Shown one piece after another: positions 24,204 to 37,800 of a stretch of DNA of 64,000 nucleotides. Origin of the DNA: Macrostomum lignano (taxonomy: Eukaryota); NCBI GenBank assembly GCA_002269645.1, contig NIVC01000436.1:186001-250000 (forward strand). The letters run 5' to 3'. The notes under the pieces are model-generated. The model was not told the origin of the DNA and did not search any database. It was given only the letters and a program-made list of their open reading frames with translations. The first letter of the stretch is position 1, and every line of letters begins with the position of its first letter. The position numbers were made by a program, and so were the translations under genes.

Positions 24204-24849
24204 GCTCATGGAAAATAATAAATAACCTGACACCAGGTTAATAACCTGACTGGTGTGATGACCAATCAATTTTGAAACGACAGTCAGACTAGACGCAGAG
24301 TTGTTGAAATAGAGTGGCTTGAGTTGAATTTTGTGTCTTGCGCTACTTGGGGTGCTGTGTAAGAGGCAAGCGACCAATGTACAGCGTTTAGTTGATCAAC
24401 TGGCCCTCGCGTTATTGAATTTGAAAATTTTCTAAGTTAGCTGAGATTTCAAGTGATCACAGAAAAAGTTAGAAATTCTGTGTGGTCAAACGAGTCGTGT
24501 GATTTGGTCTTTCATTTGATTGCGGTGTGAATGAGCCTTTAGCGACACGTGGAAAGGGCCGCACCGAGTTTTAAGACCGGTCAAGCAAGACACCTACCGC
24601 ACAAAAGACGAATGGACCGCAGGCGCAGGCTGGTGGTGCACCATGACCGCCTCAAGCGTCCGCTGTCGACATCATCAACCCCAGTGACAATGCTGCACAG
24701 CGCCTGAGATCTGCCTACAAGTGGTGGAAGTGTCAACTTATATGGGGTTGCAAATGGATCTCAACTCCCATCTAGCTCAGTTCAGTTTGTAACTGTTTGT
24801 TGTTGTTTTTTGTCGGGCGGATTAGACTGGCTTGCCGATTCGCTCAAAC

Positions 24850-25100
24850 GCCTCCTACTTCTGGCCGCGGCGACAGTGAACGCAACCCTGTGCCAAACTG
24901 TCCTCGTCTGCACCGGACGAATCCTATGATGCGATCAGTTAAACGTAAAATCGCTAACACGCCGAGCGAGTCGGTCCCGACATTCTCCACAGAAGAGGTC
25001 AGCCGGGCCATTCGCATCTCCCACCCGTCCAAAGCCATCGGTTCTGGTGGCTTTTGTCCGCTGCTTCTTAAGCATGTTGGGTCCAAAGTGGTTAAGGACC
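24850..25100 (+). pseudogene. Degenerate non-LTR (LINE) ORF2 fragment, region upstream of the RT domain
   Basis: VPTFSTEEVSRAIRISHPSKAIGSGGFCPLLLKHVG resembles the LINE motif 'F...EV..AI......KA.GPDG....LLK'. No RT core is visible. Confidence 0.45.
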
Positions 25101-25594
25101 ATGGACCTTCAGACAGCCCTCACAGCAGCATCCCGTCGCCGCAGCCATACCCTTGGATGCTTTGTAGGCGATGGTGTGCTGGTGGCATTCGCTCCAATGT
25201 CACTCGACATGTTGACTTGCGTATTTTGAATCAGCGAAACAAGCCTAAAATTAGTCGACGGGTACACTGTAACAGCCGATGTACTTTTAACGGCTGGTGT
25301 ACTTTTAAAAACCGGCGCCGACTCTGCTGTTGTTGAAATGTTGCTAAGATTGGCGGCGACGGCGGCCCCTTCACCCAATCGGATTCGGTCCTTCGATATG
25401 AGGCACTGCTGAATCGCGGCTGCATTCTTGGGCGGGCTGAACTTTAAACCGGCTGGCAGGCTGGCGAACTCCCGGTTAGCCGGCAGTAGGAACAGGCGCT
25501 CAGGCAGCTGAGGCTCAATAGGCCCAAGTCAAACAGCCACGAAGTTAAAAAAAAGATCGGCACGCGACACGAATCTGGGCGAACTCTGAGAGGG

Positions 25595-25965
25595 CAGGGG
25601 CGTCGCCAACGGGCGGACAGGGGGGACCATGTTCCGGCCCCCCCCCCCCAGTAAAAGATCTAAAAGATCTGGGGGGACATGCCAATGCTTTGTCCCCCCA
25701 CCCCACCATGTGACCCGTTATAGAAATCAATAATTTGCGGCATGGGTGACAAAATACTGTAGCGCCTGTGGCGCTAATGAGTGCCGGTGGCGCTAAAATG
25801 AGTGCCTGCGGCGCTAAAATGAGTGCCTGCGGCGCCAAAACGAGTGCTGACAACACCAATTCTGAAAATAATGTACATGTAGGAATTTAGTCGTGTTACA
25901 TGTACACATGTAGAATTCTTGGCTTTGTCCCCCCTCCACCAAAAAAATCCATGGCGACGCCCCTG
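25595..25965. mobile_element. hAT-type MITE, 371 bp
   Basis: Perfect 14-bp TIRs CAGGGGCGTCGCCA / TGGCGACGCCCCTG. Flanks TGAGAGGG / TTTGAGGG match 6/8. Internal GGCGCTAAAATGAGTGCC subrepeats are present. Confidence 0.75.
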
Positions 25966-28900
25966 TTTGAGGGAGAATCAGACGGTCCGTCCACGCGGAC
26001 TCCTTTCGATTTAACCTTGAGCAGCCCAAGAATGCGAGATCAACCTCAAGAAGATTGACAACCGATTGAGAGAGCAGACTGTGTAATCAACCATGGCCAG
26101 AGTTAAGAGATGCGTACAGTATTTAGAAGTTAAACAAAAAATTTAATAATAAGTTTCGACTTACTTGTTTATGTATACGCTTCAATAATTTCAATAAATT
26201 GAATTACTTCAGTAAATTGAATCTCTCATTAATACTAAAAAATATTGAAACCAAATTATCAATTTTATCAACAGCTTTGGCCGAATTGCCAGCAATCCTT
26301 TCATCTGATTTTTTTGTCTGATTAATACATATAAACTTATTTTTATCACCTACGGATTCAAGTGACACCATACTTGTCTTTTAATTCCTTACTTAAATAC
26401 TTTTTGCTTTGTTTGCCGTTAAAGATTTTTGAAGTTTCGTAGAAGAAGAAAAAAAAATTGGCGCCCTTTCAAATACTATATTATTGTAAAACTCGCCGCA
26501 TAGATCCCATTCTATCGAAATAATATTAATATTAAATGCACTGACATATACTGGCCAAACAGGCTTCTTGCCTGAGCCAAACTTACTACTACTACTACGA
26601 ATGCGAATTTCGATGTAGGTACAATTTGGTGGCATTCAAATCAAACAATTATGGTATAGTGAAGTGACGGTACATTATTATAATATTTTTCTTAAGAGTA
26701 TTAAAGAAGCACTGTAATATACAAATGACATAATGATGTCGATGACGCCACAACCACACAAATAAAATATGCATGTAAAATAAAGTAAATATAAGTAAAT
26801 AGATTTTTAATTAACATCTATGGATCAATTAATGGTAGAATTAAATGTAGATTGGATCCTAAATCCCACCCAACACTGGAATCTCAATCCTATCCAATCC
26901 CTAAAATTTTGATCCTGCCAACCTCTAACTAGGTATGAGTAGGCCTAGGACTAGACTAGGACTAGACAGAGTAGGCCTAGCTATGCTAGCAAATGCAAGC
27001 AAATAGCAATGTTAGCAAGTAGGCAGTAGCTAACAATGATAGTTATTTTTTTGCTTTTCAAGGAATAAGCCTAGTATTAACTATGAACTGTAATAAATAT
27101 CTTAGGCCTAATACTGTACAAAATGCTTAATAAGATTTTTTATAATACTTTTTTGTCTTTGCCTCAAAAAATTTATTGTTTCTTTTTATTTCTTTGTCTA
27201 TGTCTATGACTATGACTGACATGTTAGGCCTATGATTTTGTTTTTTTATAGGCCTAGGCCCTAACCTATAATATTAAATATTTGCTTTTCTTGTTGTTTC
27301 TAGTTTTTATTTGCTGTTTTATTTTTCATTTTTTTCAATTTTTGACCTGTCCTAGTGTAGGCCTACAACAAATATAATTTTTACTTTGTGCTTAATTGAT
27401 CAAATTCAAATTTGCAGTATACTTTGGCTACCCAATCATGTGACATGTTACCTAACCTAGCTAGACCATAAATTGGCTTGGTTAGCTATATATATACCTT
27501 GTATTATATATACAAAGTCTAAGAAACTAATGTTTATTATATATAACAGGCAACAGCATTGCCATACCCATAGGCCTAGGCCTATGCTCTTTCTAATGAA
27601 ACCAAAAGGGCAGTGCAGAGCACTAAACTAGGCCTAAATGTTTAGTTTATTATTCATTTTTAGTAATACACCTAGTACATAGCCTATACTATAGAAAATT
27701 ATTTATTTTTTAGTTGGACACTAAATTAATTTCTTAAAAACTACTAGGTATAAGTTTAAGCTCTAGGCTAAAACAAAGCAAAAATGCTGTTTTTAATTTT
27801 AGTAAAAAAAGGTGCTAATCATTAGACTTAGGGCCTAGTCATTTATTAAATAATAATGTCCCAGGGCTCTTATTTATTCTTTTGTTTAGCCTTACTTGCT
27901 GCCACCAAGCTGTTGCAGGGGTTATTCCTTCTTGTTAATATTGCTGGTTATTACTTGCCTTTTACTAGTAGCGTATATACTTCTATTGGTAGCGTCTGTA
28001 CTTCTATTGGTAGCATATGTACTTTTATTGGTAGCATATGTACTTTTACTGGTAGTGTCTATACTTCTATTGTACTTTCTGGCCTGAGCGGTCTTTTTAG
28101 GCACTGTCTATCCTATTCCTATACTCCTCTAAAGATATTATTCTCAGTCCTGGGTGTTCCCGGGATCAGAGGGTCACAGCTTATTTGCTGGGTATCCTGC
28201 CCTAAGGCGGGTTTCTCAGACTCTGAGTCTGGGCTTCTCTACCCTGTGGTAGGATCTCTGCCTCCTAAAGGCGATTTCTCAGATCCTAGATCTGGTTGTC
28301 TCATTCTCTGAGAACGGGTTGAACTCTCCCAATCTTGGGGCTTCTGATGCTTTCTAAAATAACTAAGTCAGTAAGTATTGAGCAATATACTAGAACAGTT
28401 TTAAGCTTGAAGCCAGTGAGGCGCAAGTTGAACAAGTTGCTCTCCTTCTTATTTGCCTCGTGTATTTATACTCCTCTCGATTTGGTCTTTTAAACAAATA
28501 AAATTTCATAATATTTAAAATATTCACAATATTACTAATATTATACGTATTAAAACAAAATAGTCTAGTTTCAAATATACTACTTTCTAGGAAACGAACA
28601 ATGCTAAAATAAGGCCTACCTCAATAACAATACAAAACTATTTAGAAATAAACATATCAATATTGGGTCATTCCACAATAGGGCCCATATTTTGAACTTT
28701 AAACATTTAAAACTTTAGTTCAGATTGCTTTTTGCAGCTTTGTCCTATCTATTATGGTTTAAAAGTTACAAGTGCTTAATGTTCAAAAACATGATGGGAT
28801 CCTCTTATGGAATGACTATATATATTAGCTATAAAAAGAATTAATTTAATCTATTTAATAAAAGATTCTTTAAGTTTGGTTTAAAATATATTATTATTTT

Positions 28901-30099
28901 TGCAAATATTGAATACTCATAAGTTATATATTAAACTATAAATTAAATAAACTTATTAAATATTAAATTAAATAAATTGAATAAACTAGGCCTATAAATT
29001 AAACTTATATAGTCATTCCATAATAGGGTCCTATCATGTTACATTTGGTATATTAGGTATATTATAGGTATATTAGGTAAAAGTCTTACAAAAATAGAAT
29101 AAATATTAAACAAACTGTTAGATCTTTGTTAAGATCTTATAATAGTTATCTTGGAAGTTCTTAACACTTTATGTGATTTATATAACAAATTTACATATTT
29201 ATTATTATATTTTTATATTTAATATTCAATGAATAATATGAATTACTAAATTCATATTTCGCATGAATTAATAATAATAAATATTAATATTAATATTTAT
29301 ATTAGAATAGAATTAGAATAGAATATTCATATTTATTATTATTATTTACATAAGTTACACTTTATGTAAATACCTAATATTTTAAGATTAATAGTTACAT
29401 ACTAGCAATCTAGTGCCCCCCCTTCGGGGCGGCCAATGAGCAAGGGACGAATCCTTTATGAAAATAATTCTTAATTCGTTTATTAATTAATTTATAAATA
29501 GAATAGAATTTAATAATTAATTCTATTTTTTATTCTGGTATTATGTATAAATCAAACATATGCTATTTAACCATGCTTGCCATCTTTCAGAGCAATAGCG
29601 TGCTACTTCTGTAGCCGGGGGGGGGGGGCTCCAGGTATTGCACGGCAAGCAGTACGCCCTGCAACGGCTGCAAAAGCAGCAACAGCAGAAAAAAATGTTA
29701 CTCATTGGCAGAACAGTTGGCTATAATACCAAGAGGCATCAGTGGCGCTTTTGCAGAAGGCTTCACCAACAAGATGGTACCATTGCACAAATTCTGTTAC
29801 GAACATTTCATTGGTGGCAATCTTACCACTTGTTGGCTTGCTTTAGTCTGCACAGCTGGTCATAGGCATTCACTTGGGAGCATGTAAATTTCACTCATTA
29901 CTAATGAGCATTCAAAAACAGTTACAACCCTCCTCTTTTTGCTACCGGGCTTGGGACCGGCTTTGGCAGAGTTAAAGCCATCACAAGAGACTATCTGGGG
30001 TTTGCAAAGGCTGCTTCAAACCCCCTCTGGCTGCATTTGCATGTACGAGGGCCATTCCAAAAGTTCATGCAATCAGACATTTTTTATTACAACAAAAAG

Positions 30100-30507
30100 C
30101 TGCTAATTTGGGCTTCTATCACTGCACTACGAGACTCTCTGGCCGAATCCTTCAATTGGAACATTAATTGATTGAATTTTCCTATTGCTTGGAAAGGACT
30201 CTAATTGAGCTTGTATCACTGCAGTATCAAGACTGTCTCTGACCGAACCCTTCAATTGGAACATTAATTGATTGAATTTTCCTATCGCTTGGAAAAGGAC
30301 TCTAATTGAGCTTTTATCACCGCAGTATCAAGACTGTCTCTGACCGAATCCTTCAATTGGAACATTAATTGATTGAATTTTCCTATCGCTTGGAAAAGGA
30401 CTCTAATTGAGCTTCTATCACCGCAGTATCAAGACTGTCTCTGACCGAATCCTTCAATTGAAACATTAATTGACTGAATTTTCCTATCGCTTGGAAAAGG
30501 ACTCTAA
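30100..30507. repeat. ~100-bp tandem repeat, ~4 copies, inside Helitron A
   Basis: TTCAATTG(G/A)AACATTAATTGA recurs at 30151, 30251, 30352 and 30453. Confidence 0.85.
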
Positions 30508-31838
30508 CAAACTCCACAAATTAGCACGAAAGTCAACTTCTAATCAACGGGCATGCATTAATACAACTTACTTCCAGGAACTTAATCTGCACAAGTGCAC
30601 CGGCAACTGGAATAAGCAAATGGCATGAACTTCTGGATTGAACCACGTATTAGAGTGGAAGAAATCTACCAGGGACATACAAAAGCAGCGAAATGTCCAT
30701 TTCAACCAACTCTCTGTCAGGCCCAGCACGTCTGCAGCCAGCCTGCTATCAACATTGACAATGGCAAAAATATCTCTTGTATTAATTTAATAATTCATCC
30801 TTAATATTGCTTTAACAAAGATAGACCAGAAGCTAGTAATTTCTTTTCTGGAATCTAAACGCAAAAATTAAACTGTATCATATCTTTCCTAAGGTATCAA
30901 TTTCTTAGAATCCCATTAAAGAACTTCTTAGAATGCCATTAGATAGGATGCCTGCTATTGGGGAACCCACCAAGTCATATTTTACTTAGCCAAAATTGCA
31001 ATCAAGTTTTCGGTCCACTTTCCTTATCGACCATCTTATTGCGCATTATGCCATAAGATGAAATTACGAGTATTAGAATGCTATTACATGAGCACCTTAG
31101 AATTCCAGTATAGATACAATTCTTAGACTGTCATTAGATGAGATTCTGATGAGATGACAGATAAGTTAGAATGCCTGCTTGTTTTGTGGGGATGCCTGCC
31201 TTGTCTGCTGCCTATTGTGTCACAAATTTTCCTTACGCACCCAATTTAAAGGTCATATTCATGCCAATGCCAATGCAGCAGGAATTTTAGCATGTAGGGC
31301 CAAGGTAGCAATTATTTTTCCATGCTAAAATTTTACTTGTGATGGCTTTTCAACACATGTGCTTCAAAAACTCACTGATTTCTTCAACTGCTAGAGAAAT
31401 CTTCGCATAACATTCTGCTTGTTTCATCCGCCTGCGCACTCCAGTCGATTCGTGTTGACTCGAGTTGGCTCTCATCAGACGGCACCAGTCTGTATAGTTT
31501 CTGTTGAACGTTAAATTCAATGAACAAAAGTTTACAGGTCTGCATCAGGAGTGACAAAATAGATATACGATTATGGAATGGGTCACGAATAATAAAATAG
31601 ATCAGAGATTACAAAAATAGATCATGGTTCACACAATGGTCAGAAAAGAAAGAATGGGTCTGAAAATATCCTTTCATTATTTCCCACTTACAGTACACTT
31701 TTGGCATTTGCACTTTCAAGTCCCCGTTGTCACTGCCATGGTACAACATAGTAATCACCATCACCACGTCTAGTTTCACTACATTATGGCTTGAGCAAAA
31801 CATGCAAACATGTGTAAATCATCAACTCACGCATATGC

Positions 31839-34800
31839 CTAGTCTCCTGTAAGCACTTCAGGGTAAACCACGTTCCTAGTCTTGGTTCCGAAAATTCGCA
31901 CACGGACATTAGCCGCGTTCTTCGCTCGTGACAGAGCCGTGTACAGCTGGCCATGAGTGAAGCAACCGACTGCCAGGTCCACGCCAACTGTGTCCAGAGA
32001 CTGTCCCTGCGACTTGTGGATCGTCAGGCAGAAACTCGGCTTCACAGGGAACTGCAGCCGCTTAAAACTGACGGGCAGGTCCGCATTGCTTGGAATCAGC
32101 GGAATTCGCGGCAGAAGAATCTCGTCTCCCGTGAACTGGCCGGCGGCAATCTTGCATCTAAGCACGTTATCGCCCATTGCGAGTATGATCAGCCGCGTAC
32201 CATTGCACATCCGTGGCGGGTTGATGTTCCTGAGAAGCACCACCGGCATACCGACTTTCAGCCTCAGCAAGTGAATCGGAAAGTTTGGAGCATCCAGCTG
32301 GTTGAGCAACTCAGGCGGGAAGTGCGTAGCGGCATCCTCATCGGCCACGCTGTCTATCGAGCGGTACTCCCGCAGGCTGCCGGGGAACATGCCCAGGCAC
32401 GTCTCATTAATGGCATCGACAGAGTCGTTGTAAGGCGCCAGGATCGCTCGGCTTGCAAAATAGCCGTCTCTCTCCACTGACTCCTCAAACGATGGGTAAA
32501 CAAAATTGATTAGATCAGTGAGTGGCCCCTCCGCAGATATCACGATCTCGATTGGGAGGGACACTTTCTCCTCCACATCCTGCTCCATTGTTCCAGATCC
32601 GATCTGTGAGGAGTGAAACAGTCAGTCAAAAGCTAGCCAGACTTTTAGGTTAGACATTCTGAATAAAGCACAATAAAAGCACTTTGCATTTTTTCCACAA
32701 AAACCCGCCCTTTAAATTTAACGCCCGGAATTATTAAATATTTAAGTCAACAAAGACCAAACTTACCTGCTTGAGTAGCTCGGTGTACTTCACATATGTT
32801 GCAGAATCGGAACTGCTCAGCAATCGGATGTTTCTCGTCAGACGATGCCGCCGGAAAAATTTCCACAGCGGGGATCTACTAACACACGCCATAACGTTAT
32901 TCGCACGCGTCCCATTCAAAACAACTGGCAAGAGCTGGCGAAAGTCACCAGCGCAAACAAACACCAGTCCGCCGAATGGCACGTCCTGCTTTCGCACGTC
33001 TCGCAAGCACCGGTCGACTGCCTCCAAATCCTTCCGGTTAGTCATGGAAATCTCGTCCCAGACAATTAGACGCGCTGTCCGAAACACGGCGGCTTGTTTG
33101 GACTGCACTCCAACAGAGCAGACGTCCTTGTTAGAGCGGACCGCCCGGATAGGGATCTTGAACCTGTCATGAACAGTTGGTTTCGGCGCAATCATGTACA
33201 GCGGAACAATGCGGCTTAGTCAGATAGTAAGCAACTCTCGTGGAATGCGCAGTTTGTCCACCTGGCAACAGAGTCGCTGCGATTCCAGAAGCCGCAACGG
33301 CGAGGGCGACTTCCCCCGGCTGCGCACGAAGGCCAGCAAAACCTCCAGTAGGAAGGTCTTGCCAGTGCCAGCGGGCGCGTCCAGGAAGTGCAAGCCGCCG
33401 TTGCCGCTCACAAGATCCTGAGTCACTGACTCGTACACCGCTTTCTGCTCGTCTGTCAGCATTGGTAAGCGCGCCTCAGTAATCTGCGCTTGCTCGACCG
33501 CATCGAACTGCATCGGTCCAACTTGAGGCATCGCGGATGCCGCAGGCAGGCCGTAATCTGGCAGGTTGTTCCCGCCCATGGAGGTCAGCATGCTCTGCAG
33601 CTCGCGCAGCGCCAGGTCAGTAATCTCCTCGGTGCTCAAGTCTCGGTGATGAAACCGCAGGTCCTCGCACATATCCTCGGCAAAGCTGCACCAGAGGTCG
33701 TTGCCATCATCAGGGTCACCCCATATGAGAATGACAGCCAGAAGATGTCTCAGGGCTCTTGGCATTCTTGACTGAACGGCCTCAGCTAGGCACCGCCGCC
33801 AGTGGTCATCTCGCTGCAGCAGGCCGAGGGCCATGCAAGCAGCCTTGGCGCTCGGGTGCACAACGCCATCCACAGTCAGCAGCGCCTCAAAGCTGGTTGG
33901 TCCCCTAACCTGCAAAAGGAGCATGCGAACATAAAATAAATCACCAGTTCTTGGGCTCACCGTGTACATGCGTGCAACGTTTGTGTTCCGCACTACACCC
34001 GGGTGGCCATCGACTTTCACGCCTCGCTTCGCTCGCCGCCACACTCTTTCACTGGCATGCCAAACGAAGTAGGACGGCACCTCCGTGTAGAGCAAGGACC
34101 GAGCAAACTCGTCAGTACGACACAGCTTGAAAAATGCCGTCAACGTAGAGTCCCTCGGCGTCCTGGCTCTAGCACTTGCGGTCTGCTCGTTGAAATACAC
34201 GAGCTGCTCCTCCGACTTGTGAACGCAGAGCCGGATGACCGCCGGAAATCTGTCGTGCACCTGATCAGAAGGTGGGAGAAATAAATACCTTTAAAGTTGT
34301 TGCTGACTTCTAAAGCTCACAGCTTTGCAATATTTAAAATTTAAAATACTTATTACTTCAAAGCCCAAAATGGTATTCACGGCTTCCATTGGGCCAATGT
34401 AGCGCGCAGACAGATACTCCTTGATTTCATCACGCGGCCTCTCTCCATCGTTTGCCGCTACCGTTTCTGCCGGCTGTTGGCTACCCACAGCCTGCTCTCT
34501 CGGATCAGTTGAATTCTTATTGGCGTCGACTTTGAACGTCGCCATGTCGCCGCCCTTCAGCAAGTACTTGATCACGTATTTAACCGACTTCACAGTGGCA
34601 CAAACTTCAACGTTCATGTGGCACGCAAACTGGAGCAACAGGTCAGGGCTGTACGGAACAACCCACCTATATTTTTATTAAAAAAAAGAATGTCATTAAC
34701 TTTTAAAAATACAAAAGCAGAAAAGTACAACCAGGCAATATCATTTCAACTCGCCTGTTGTCCATGCGAATGCTGCGGCCTTTGAACAGTTTGTCCACCG

Positions 34801-37800
34801 TAAATCCGCCCATCTCAGGCGAGCGTCTGCGATACAAAGGGTAGCCAGTATCGCTGGTCAGCGTCACCTGCTGGAACTCCTTCGGAAAGCCCTTGCTGCA
34901 TTCGCCATTCTCCATGCAAGGGCACGCCGGATTCTCCTTGCCGCAGGGGCCATGGATCATGTGCGTCTTCACCAGCTCATACAGCACAGGCTGCTGCTCT
35001 GGGTCCGGAATCTCGGCAGACACGATGTCATCGTATCGGTCCGGAGTCACCCGCTGGCCACTCGCGAGCCACAGCAGAAAGTGCACATGGGGGAGACCTG
35101 AATTATTAAAAAAAATATCGAAACATTTTTCAATTCAGTTATCTAATTTGTATCGAATTTGCATCACACAAACCATGCCTATATTTAGTATTTTTGTAAC
35201 GATATAAATATTATAAAACTTAACACTCAGAGTTGTACTCACCACGCTTTTGGTACTCTAGCGAGCAGACGTGCGCGGCCTCTTTCCCATAGCGCTTCGT
35301 TAGCTGAGCCAGCAGAGCTTTCTTCTTCATTTCAAAGACTCGGCTAACAATGTCCGGCCGGTGTTCAGCCCGCTGTCCAGGCAGCAGCTGGGCGCTGATC
35401 TCCGGCCATTTCGGATTGCACGTTGCGGTGACAAACAGGTCCGGCTTACCGAACTTGTGAACATAGGTCATAGCGTCCTGAAGCCTCTCCATCAGGTACC
35501 TTGGCCCGCCAACAAAGCTCGAGGACAGAAGCACATGCGCGGGCTTGCCTATGTCACTCGGATCTCTGTCGGTAGACCTGCCATCGGCTGCAAACAGAGC
35601 GTCCCGCAGACCGCTATACGTCTCGCTGCGCAGGTCCTGCTGATGGGTCCGCAAATACAGCAGCCTCTCTGCCTCAATCTTGGCACACATGTCCACCAGG
35701 TACTGTTGAAATAATCTTCGGCCATAGTGCAGCACACTGAACTGGCCCGCTCGCACCATGATTTCGCTTGCATAGTATTTCATGGGGGTCAATTTCTTGT
35801 CATTACTCATCCGCAACTCTGGGTGCCAGCCGTCCTCGCCATTCGGGAACAGCAGCACATACTCCAGCGGGTCATATGAGCGGTGCGTCTCACTGATTCG
35901 CTGAGAACCGCCACCACGCAGTTGAATCACGACGTCCCGACTGGCCGGTGCGTCCTCATTGTCCTCAACGATCAGGATACCGACCTCGTTTGCCGTAGGC
36001 AAGTTGTAGCGCCTGATTTTAACGGAGTTCATGGGATACAAATTCTGTAGAAACTGAATCACTTATTACGCTTATTTTACTTCTGCTTTCGTTTACATTT
36101 TTAAGTTTCGTTATAACAAACACACTAACTTACCGAATGTGTTCCCCAGATGGTCGACGGTCAGGGTGAATCACAATTCGCGCATCTCCCAGCTCTGGTT
36201 CTTGGCTAATTCGCTCAGCAGCAGCCTTCAGGCTGCGGACATAGCCATTGCACTCGTGAAGCAGCGTCTGCAGCAGCTCCAGTAGCTCCGGTTTTACCTT
36301 CTGGCTGAGACTCTGGCGGCTTTCGAGTTCGCGATCGTTGAAGTACACCTGCCATCCCTGAGCTTCAGCCGAAGCCTCTGCAAACAGCGGCGCCGTGCGG
36401 TGATGCATCTGGCCGCTGATGATGAAGCTGGGACACCAGCCTGGCACCAACCGCAGTTTGGCACCCAGCGATGTCAGGTGCAGCGCCGAATTGTAGCTCC
36501 TGATGTTGGCCAGGAACTCAACACTCAATCTGTGCCGCCCCATGTACAGATCCGCCAGCACTTGCGGCACGGTGCGGCTGGGCAGCTTCACCTTGCCTTT
36601 GGCGCAGCAGAAATTCCTGGTCTCTGCGCGCCAGAGTAGAGCACCACATTCCTGGCATGCCCTGTTCATTGGGCCGCAATCATGGGCCGGGGCCTCTGGC
36701 CTCTGTATTCTGTCAGACCTGTGATTGAGTTAAATGCATGCACAAATAGTTACTATAATATAGACTGCCAAAATTTATGAAATGTACAGTGTAAATATAA
36801 AAACTAAAATATAAAAATTACACTGACCAGCAGCACAAAAAGCCTACCTATTTTGAGCAGATTCTGCATCAGAATGACCTGTACCAAAATGACCTGAATC
36901 GGAAAGATCTGCCCTCTGCTCCGTTAAACTCGGCGCTTCTGCATCTGCAACGGGCTCAGAAACTGGCAGTGGATCAGTCACGCGCAACGACTCATAGTGT
37001 TCATGGCGTAAAAGGATACGCACAATTGCAGTGGGTGGCTGCACAGTGGACATGCAGTACTGCAATACACTGCCATTTGCCTGATAAATAACCAGGTCAA
37101 CATTGAAAAAACGGCTTAAAAGTGGCACGACCTCATCAGGAACATAGGTGCCCTCAGAAAAAGACTCATTAATAATGGAATCAGCATTATCCGGCAAAAC
37201 AAAGCCTTCGTCAATTAATTCGGGCATTACCTGCACTGCACGACATGTCAGTTCATGCCTCAAAGACGCTGCATTGGTCTCAAGCGGAGTGCCCTGCAAC
37301 TGGTCACATACTGCATGAAAAAAAGCAATTTCCATCACCAGGGATTGGAACAACACTTAGCGTATTGAATGGTACCACAGCTGGTGTGGCCAACTCACTA
37401 CTGTCAAACCTGAAAGATTGAAGTTATACTTTAGACTCTGAAAAACTCATTCCCACTGATACAGATTCCTAGAGAGTCAACAAAAAGTCAATTCTCACAA
37501 ATGCAGACCCTTACAAACATTCCTCCACAGACAGTTTCTTACAGTGGTTTCTTAGAAATTCTGATTCTTAGCACAAATCCTACAAATAAAGATTCTTGAA
37601 AACGTATCCTAGAAATGCAGTTTCTTATATAAACACAGTCCTACAAATAAAGATTCTTCGAAATCGAAACGTTTCCTAGAAAAGCAGTTTCTTATATAAA
37701 CACAGTTCATCTCTACAAATAAACATTTTTTGAAACGTTTCTTAGACTTAGATATACAGATACAGTCAAATTAAAATGTTCATCTCACCTGTTAACCGAC

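Larger units (their letters stand above)
21716..24538. mobile_element. Non-autonomous PIF/Harbinger-like DNA transposon (~2.8 kb including nested inserts)
   Basis: 27-bp TIRs AGGCTCATTCACACCGCCATCAAATGA / TCATTTGATTGCGGTGTGAATGAGCCT (1 mismatch), with a perfect TTA target-site duplication (21713-15, 24539-41). Confidence 0.85.
21613..24665 (+). pseudogene. Gypsy-type LTR retrotransposon integrase C-terminal (GPY/F) fragment, split into 21613-21715 and 24539-24665 by an insertion
   Basis: Removing 21716-24538 plus one TTA restores the frame HDANQDCRLVPFEEGQIVMLHSSIMKRDQARCLSDTWKGPHRVLRPVKQDTYRTKDE, then (frameshift) MDRRRRLVVHHDRLKR. This fits the Ty3/Gypsy 'F..G..V.L...W.GPY.V......Y......VH..RLK' pattern. 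Confidence 0.8.

Noticed and set aside
26270-26935. Possible hAT element ending in GATCCTGCCAACCTCTA
   Set aside because: No matching opposite TIR or TSD found.
27856-28311. 151-aa ORF in an AT-rich region
   Set aside because: Partly built from a degenerate ~21-bp repeat, with no motif or convincing splice context.
30042-30070. TACGAGGGCCATTCCAAAAGT, resembling a mariner terminus
   Set aside because: Single end only, with no partner TIR or transposase remnant seen.
31455-31495. Hammerhead-ribozyme-like CTGATGA-GAG-CCAA-CTC on the minus strand
   Set aside because: The required GAAA core is GAGT, and stems I and III could not be formed convincingly.
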